From positions 37,944,001-38,008,000 of the forward strand of contig OZ024746.1 in NCBI GenBank assembly GCA_964016885.1: DNA of 64,000 nt. Reading direction: 5' to 3'. Made by a program: the position numbers and the translations under genes. Shown in pieces: positions 58,496-64,000 of the stretch. Each line of letters opens with the position of its first letter. The stretch's first letter is position 1. This stretch comes from Eledone cirrhosa. Its lineage: Eukaryota. A model generated the notes under the pieces. That model saw nothing but the letters and a program-made list of their open reading frames with translations, ran no database searches and had not been told where the DNA came from.

Positions 58496-58609
58496 AGCAA
58501 CGTGAAATAAAGTGTCTTGCTCAAGGACATAACGCGTCGCCCGGTCCAGGAATCGAACTGACAAACTCACGATTGCGTATCCAGAGCACTAACCAATCAG
58601 CCACGCGCC
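58496..58609 (-). mobile_element. SINE family A 5' half
   Basis: TGGCTGATTGG A box, GTTCGATTCC B box and core. Confidence 0.8.
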
Positions 58610-59611
58610 ATATATATTTATATGTGTATGTGTGTGTGTGTGTATGTATGCGTGTGCGCGCGCGCTCGGTGTGTGTGTGTGTGTGTGTGTGTGTGTATTT
58701 ATAAATATAATAAAAACAACAGATGACTATACAGGTAAGAGTGACTGTTTGTGCGGATTTCTGTCTAGGTATATGTGCTTTTCTACATAGAAATCTATGT
58801 ACATACGTTCCTATGCAACCTTGTATATGTGTGCGTTAATATGGTTGTAGGTGTGTGAATGTTTCTGTATGTATGGACGTATGTTTGTCAGACTGAATAT
58901 AAGTATGTAAATAAACTTACTTCCTGAAGCCTACGTTGATATGTAAACTCTTCAGTAAAAATCATACTTGATTTTATGTATTTGTTTAGGTTGAATGCGA
59001 TAATATTTCCTTTCATATAACTGGGAATTCGGATAAGAAGTTCTCAAAATTACGTATGAAAAATAAATATTTATATATTGTGTATAAGCAAGGGATTTTA
59101 CAAACTATTTAAGCAATGAATTTGATATATAACGATTAAATTGTTAAGGATTGAAAGAACAGCGATAATAACCACTCTGATAAAGAAGGGTTATAAACAT
59201 AACGTTAACACTGTGAATAATAATAATCTTTAGAATATTAATAGCTTCTTTATTGGTTCACTTTAAATGCAAACGTTTAATGGAAAAATCATTAGGAAAT
59301 AAGTTGTCGTACACATATAAGCGCGCGCAGGGTGAAGGGCACTGTATAAAATAGAATATAGAATATGACAATCAAATTGAAAAATAGCAATAACATAAAC
59401 CAACAAAGTTATCCACAGTAGGTTAACAACGACATAGTCTGCCAAAGTAACCGACAATATTCCCCCCTAGAGTTATCCCTTTCGCAACACCTGCATACAA
59501 TTCAACGTCACCCCTTTTATTACAGAGATCATTTTTTATGACATATACAACCAGGTTTTTCAATTGTATGCATTGAACGGGTTACTATCTGTGAATATGT
59601 AATTATTTAAA

Positions 59612-60073
<462 letters not shown>

Positions 60074-60099
60074 ATATATTTATATATAAAAATTCATTG

Positions 60100-60136
<37 letters not shown>

Positions 60137-60144
60137 AGTTTATA

Positions 60145-60188
<44 letters not shown>

Positions 60189-60476
60189 GTGTATATTTGT
60201 GTGTGTATGTGTTTCAGTGTATTGCGGTATATTTGCCAGTAAGATGAAAATGATTATGTGTATTAAACATGTAGTTTTGCACCATGACGATCTCACGGGA
60301 GTATGGAAGGAGGTCTATACTAACACTGTATGTTTACTATAAATATTAACATATATTATACGCTTCTATAGGTGCCTCCACGCCGGATCAGTTCATGTTA
60401 TCTGTCTATCTATCTCATTTACTCATCTCGCTCATCATTCCATCTCTCTTTCTCTGCCCCCCCCCCCCCTCCCCCC

Positions 60477-60526
<50 letters not shown>

Positions 60527-61658
60527 GAAGGGTCGAGTGAGTGTGTGGGTATTTACATCATCAAATGATTATATTGAGACCGTTTCAAAATCATTTCCCC
60601 GTGGAAATGGTCTATCAATATTGGCAACCAAATGAAACCTATGTAGTGTTTCAATAAACAATATATGTATAGTCAAATTCTCAGTTATCAGATACACATA
60701 TACACATGAACGAACAAACATATATACGTGAGTTTGCGTGTGTACCTGTGTGTCTGCGTATGTGTGTATAAATTAAAGCGTGCTGTACTGTATGACGTAT
60801 AGAGATAATTCTTAAATTTCTCTTTTTTACTGGAGAAATGGAAAACAAATATCTGGAGGTAATTTATAGTAGTCTCCAGTAAGGAAAGTATATAATTTCG
60901 ATAAATCAAGATATATACTATGAAAAGGACATCATGATATTTCTTGCAAGCAAGCAATATTTATACACATATATTTCTCAGTGTATATTTACAGAATAAT
61001 ACTATCTTAAGATACTTGCAGATTAAAAATTACTTGCTTACAAATAGAAAATTAATTATTTATGCATTTTTCCTAGAGTAATTTTAATAATTGAAAATAA
61101 ACAATGGTTCGGAAAATAACTTACGGACGTCAATAGCATTTTACAATATATTTGAATTAAATGGGTATGTATGTTCCACTGTCTTACACAGTAAATTTTT
61201 AACAGAGACTCCTGTGTAGATTCATGTGCATACACACAATTTTGTCATCAGTAGTAGCAGTATATGTGGAGAAGAAAATTGCTGAACTCGTGCGCATTTT
61301 ATGAAGAATTAATGAAGTCCAGCGGATATTTTGTTAGATACAATCTATATAGATTAATATACTAACATCGAAAATGCATACAAATGAACCACTGACAATA
61401 GAAAGCACGTGTTATTTAATTTACAGAAGCAAAACATAACCTTTAAGGTCGTTTAGCACTCAGAGGGAATTTGAAAGATGCAATGTTTGATTATCCGTAG
61501 TGGCTTCTGTCTCGTTCTGCGTCAATGAAGAATTTTACCAGACTTCATAAATTGTAATTTACAGCAATGGCATGTGAGAACTGTTGTTTTTTGCGTTCGG
61601 AGTTCCTATATTTTCTAAGAATATATATATATCTATCTATATTTATATATATGTATAT

Positions 61659-61863
61659 AAATGAAGTATTTCTGTAGGAAAGGTAAAGGAAAAGAGAACG
61701 CTCTATGTAGGCTTCAGAGCTTTTTAGTTATGTAATAAACAACATAAGGTAATTAATTCATTTACCAAATGTTTCACGAAGGCAGACATAAATACCAAGC
61801 TCATTTGTCTTCGTGAAACGTTTGGTAAATGAATTAATTATCTTATGTTGATTATTAAATAAC

Positions 61864-61865
<2 letters not shown>
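61659..61865. mobile_element. Fold-back element, same family as 612-764
   Basis: Arms 61725-~61788 and ~61805-61865. Contains the HHR 3' half GAAACGTT. Confidence 0.8.
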
Positions 61866-61898
<33 letters not shown>

Positions 61899-62126
61899 AT
61901 GTGCGTGCGGGTGTGTGCGCGTGTGTGTGTGTATAACCCGTACAGCAAATATTTATAATTGGTTTCAGTTTCAGAAGCCCCCATAATAGGATGAAAGCAG
62001 CAAGTCTTTGCTTAAACTTTAATCTCTACGAATAATAAATAAATAGACGTGTGTGGTGTATGCGTGTGTGTGTGTGTGTGAGAGAGAGATAGAGAGAGAG
62101 ATAGAGAAATATAGAGATATAGATAC

Positions 62127-62161
<35 letters not shown>

Positions 62162-62351
62162 TTATGTTTATCCCAGGTTCAATCGAGGGTAATCACAGTA
62201 AGTAAGGTACTCGAATAATAGCAGAGTATAAATATTTAATATACAAATCTACTGGACTAATACTATTTCATTCTGGAAAAATCTTCAGGAAAAATACACG
62301 AAACATTCGGAAAAAATACAAGAAACGAAACTTGCATAATACTAGCTACAT

Positions 62352-62403
62352 ATTGATAGATAGATAGAGGGATAGATAGATATATAGATAGATAGATAGA
62401 TAT

Positions 62404-62467
<64 letters not shown>

Positions 62468-62472
62468 CAAGG

Positions 62473-62513
<41 letters not shown>
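62352..62513. repeat. (GATA)n microsatellite
   Basis: Direct reading. A second array lies at ~45100-45166. Confidence 0.95.
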
Positions 62514-62514
<1 letters not shown>

Positions 62515-64000
62515 TATTTCTTTTATTTGCCACTAGGGCATCAAAAGTGGGACAAGTACAAAGGGGGGAGTTTACACAAAAAGGCGTCCTCAATAAGGAG
62601 GAGGCAATAACAAAATATAAAAATAAAATAAGATATAACAAAAAATAAAATTTTTAACAAAATCCTCAATAGAGAGGAGGCGCCTTGGGGGGTCGCACAC
62701 ACCCCCGAAAAAAGTGTGCAACCCTTCTCCTCAGGAGCACAGAGAAGGGGTGCTCCCTTGGTCTTTCATCTTCCTCACCTATAGTCTGATGTAGAGTGAA
62801 GGCCCATTCACACGGGCCATTCTCGCCACTTTCACCCATCTTTCATAGAAACGGCTGGGGTGCAGCACCTCTCTCTCCATCCTGATCCTTCTTCCGAAAT
62901 GATATCGGAAGAAACGGACCAGTTGTTGGCCAGAGAGAAAGGTGCCCGACCTCAGTCCTTTCAGACGCGTCCACCATACAACCTCTTTCGCCATGGCTAT
63001 TACGCACAGAAACACCGCCTCTGCTTCATCTTTGAAGGGGGGAGGCGGCTTGATCATTACAATAGACTCGGTGGTCAACCGGATCGGTCCCACCCTTGAC
63101 AGCAGTTGTTCGACATAGCCCCACAGATCGGCTACGCCCGAGCAGTGTACTAATGCGTGTGCAACGGTTTCCTCGTCGCACACGCATCTGGGACAGATCT
63201 TTTTGGCGGGGTCCCTACCCGGGCGCCCGTGTCTGTAGAGCCTTTCTCGAACGGGTAAAGCCCCTCGGTAGCACTGCCAGGCCAGGGACTTCTGGAAGTT
63301 GTCCATAGGTCCCGGGCTGAATGTCCTACCGAACAGGCTGGCCAGTTCGTCCTCCTCCATGTCTAGGGCTTCTCCGAGGGCGTCGTCGAACCTGCTGCGT
63401 ACCAGCCCTCTATAGAATGTTGCGGTGGAGTCTCCACTGATAACCGGATCCGCCTGCCAGAGGGCGGTGAGCGCCTGGGCACACTCAGTGTGCCAGGCGC
63501 CCAGTTTTCTCGGTCTTTGCTTGACCCAGGATTGCAGCTCGGTGAGTGAGACGAGTCTGGGAAAGGTTCGTCTCACAAACGAGGCCCACACCGGTTGTCC
63601 GGTGAGGAATACGTAGAGGTGCCGTAGCCTTAATGCGTGTTTACGCATCATTAGCCACGGCATCCCCAGCCCTCCTTTCGAAGGGTGTTGACAGCAGATG
63701 GATCTCCTCACCATAGGAGCCCGCCTCTTCCAAAGGAATTGGAAGAGCGCGCGCTCCATCTTGGTGAGGGTTTCCCTTGGGCAGGGCACTACGGTCAGGC
63801 GGTAGTAGATGACGGACGCTATGTAGGTGTTCGCCACCTCCGCCCGGCCTTTCAGGGATAGTTTGCAACTGGCCCACTTCTGGGTCAGTGCAAACACCCT
63901 GTTCGTAACCTCCGCCCAGTTTTTCTCCACCTGGAGGTCCGGTCCGAACCAGACCCCGAGCAACTTCACCGGGCCCTCCGTCCAGCGTCCGACGACGCTA
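62513..64000 (-). mobile_element. Tx1/L1-clade LINE, 3' part (continues beyond the window)
   Basis: GC-rich. Intact ORF2 C-terminus. 3'UTR ends AATAAAAGAAA at (TATC)n. Confidence 0.9.
62779..63999 (-). CDS. LINE ORF2 C-terminal region (post-RT thumb plus CCHC zinc knuckle), partial
   Basis: KLLGVWFG, W...LSLKGRA, GGLGMP, CPRC...ETVAHALVHC. Frame open to the window edge. Confidence 0.9.
   Translation of the reverse strand, partial: SVVGRWTEGPVKLLGVWFGPDLQVEKNWAEVTNRVFALTQKWASCKLSLKGRAEVANTYIASVIYYRLTVVPCPRETLTKMERALFQFLWKRRAPMVRRSICCQHPSKGGLGMPWLMMRKHALRLRHLYVFLTGQPVWASFVRRTFPRLVSLTELQSWVKQRPRKLGAWHTECAQALTALWQADPVISGDSTATFYRGLVRSRFDDALGEALDMEEDELASLFGRTFSPGPMDNFQKSLAWQCYRGALPVRERLYRHGRPGRDPAKKICPRCVCDEETVAHALVHCSGVADLWGYVEQLLSRVGPIRLTTESIVMIKPPPPFKDEAEAVFLCVIAMAKEVVWWTRLKGLRSGTFLSGQQLVRFFRYHFGRRIRMEREVLHPSRFYERWVKVARMARVNGPSLYIRL

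Noticed and set aside
62255-62295. Minus-strand CTGAAGA...GAAA motif
   Set aside because: No UH site or stem I could be drawn, so at best a decayed pLTR.

Overview
AT-rich, microsatellite-saturated metazoan DNA with no recognisable intact host gene. The SINE content suggests a coleoid cephalopod, probably Octopus (inference). The window is almost entirely retroelement debris: four Penelope-like elements (two near-intact, two decayed), RTE, CR1, Tx1/L1 and R4/Dong-like LINE pieces, two tRNA-derived SINE superfamilies, a non-autonomous RTE derivative in tandem, and a Helitron-like element. The main unexplained signal is at least 9 short non-coding fold-back (inverted-repeat) elements embedded in (TA)n. 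Most carry minimal type I hammerhead ribozyme (HHR) motifs with 3' ends pointing outward, and most have one arm longer than the other. One is a tandem-plus-inverted ~420-bp retrozyme-like unit with three HHRs. Several HHRs have non-canonical cores. All calls were made by eye, and no searches or folding programs were run.
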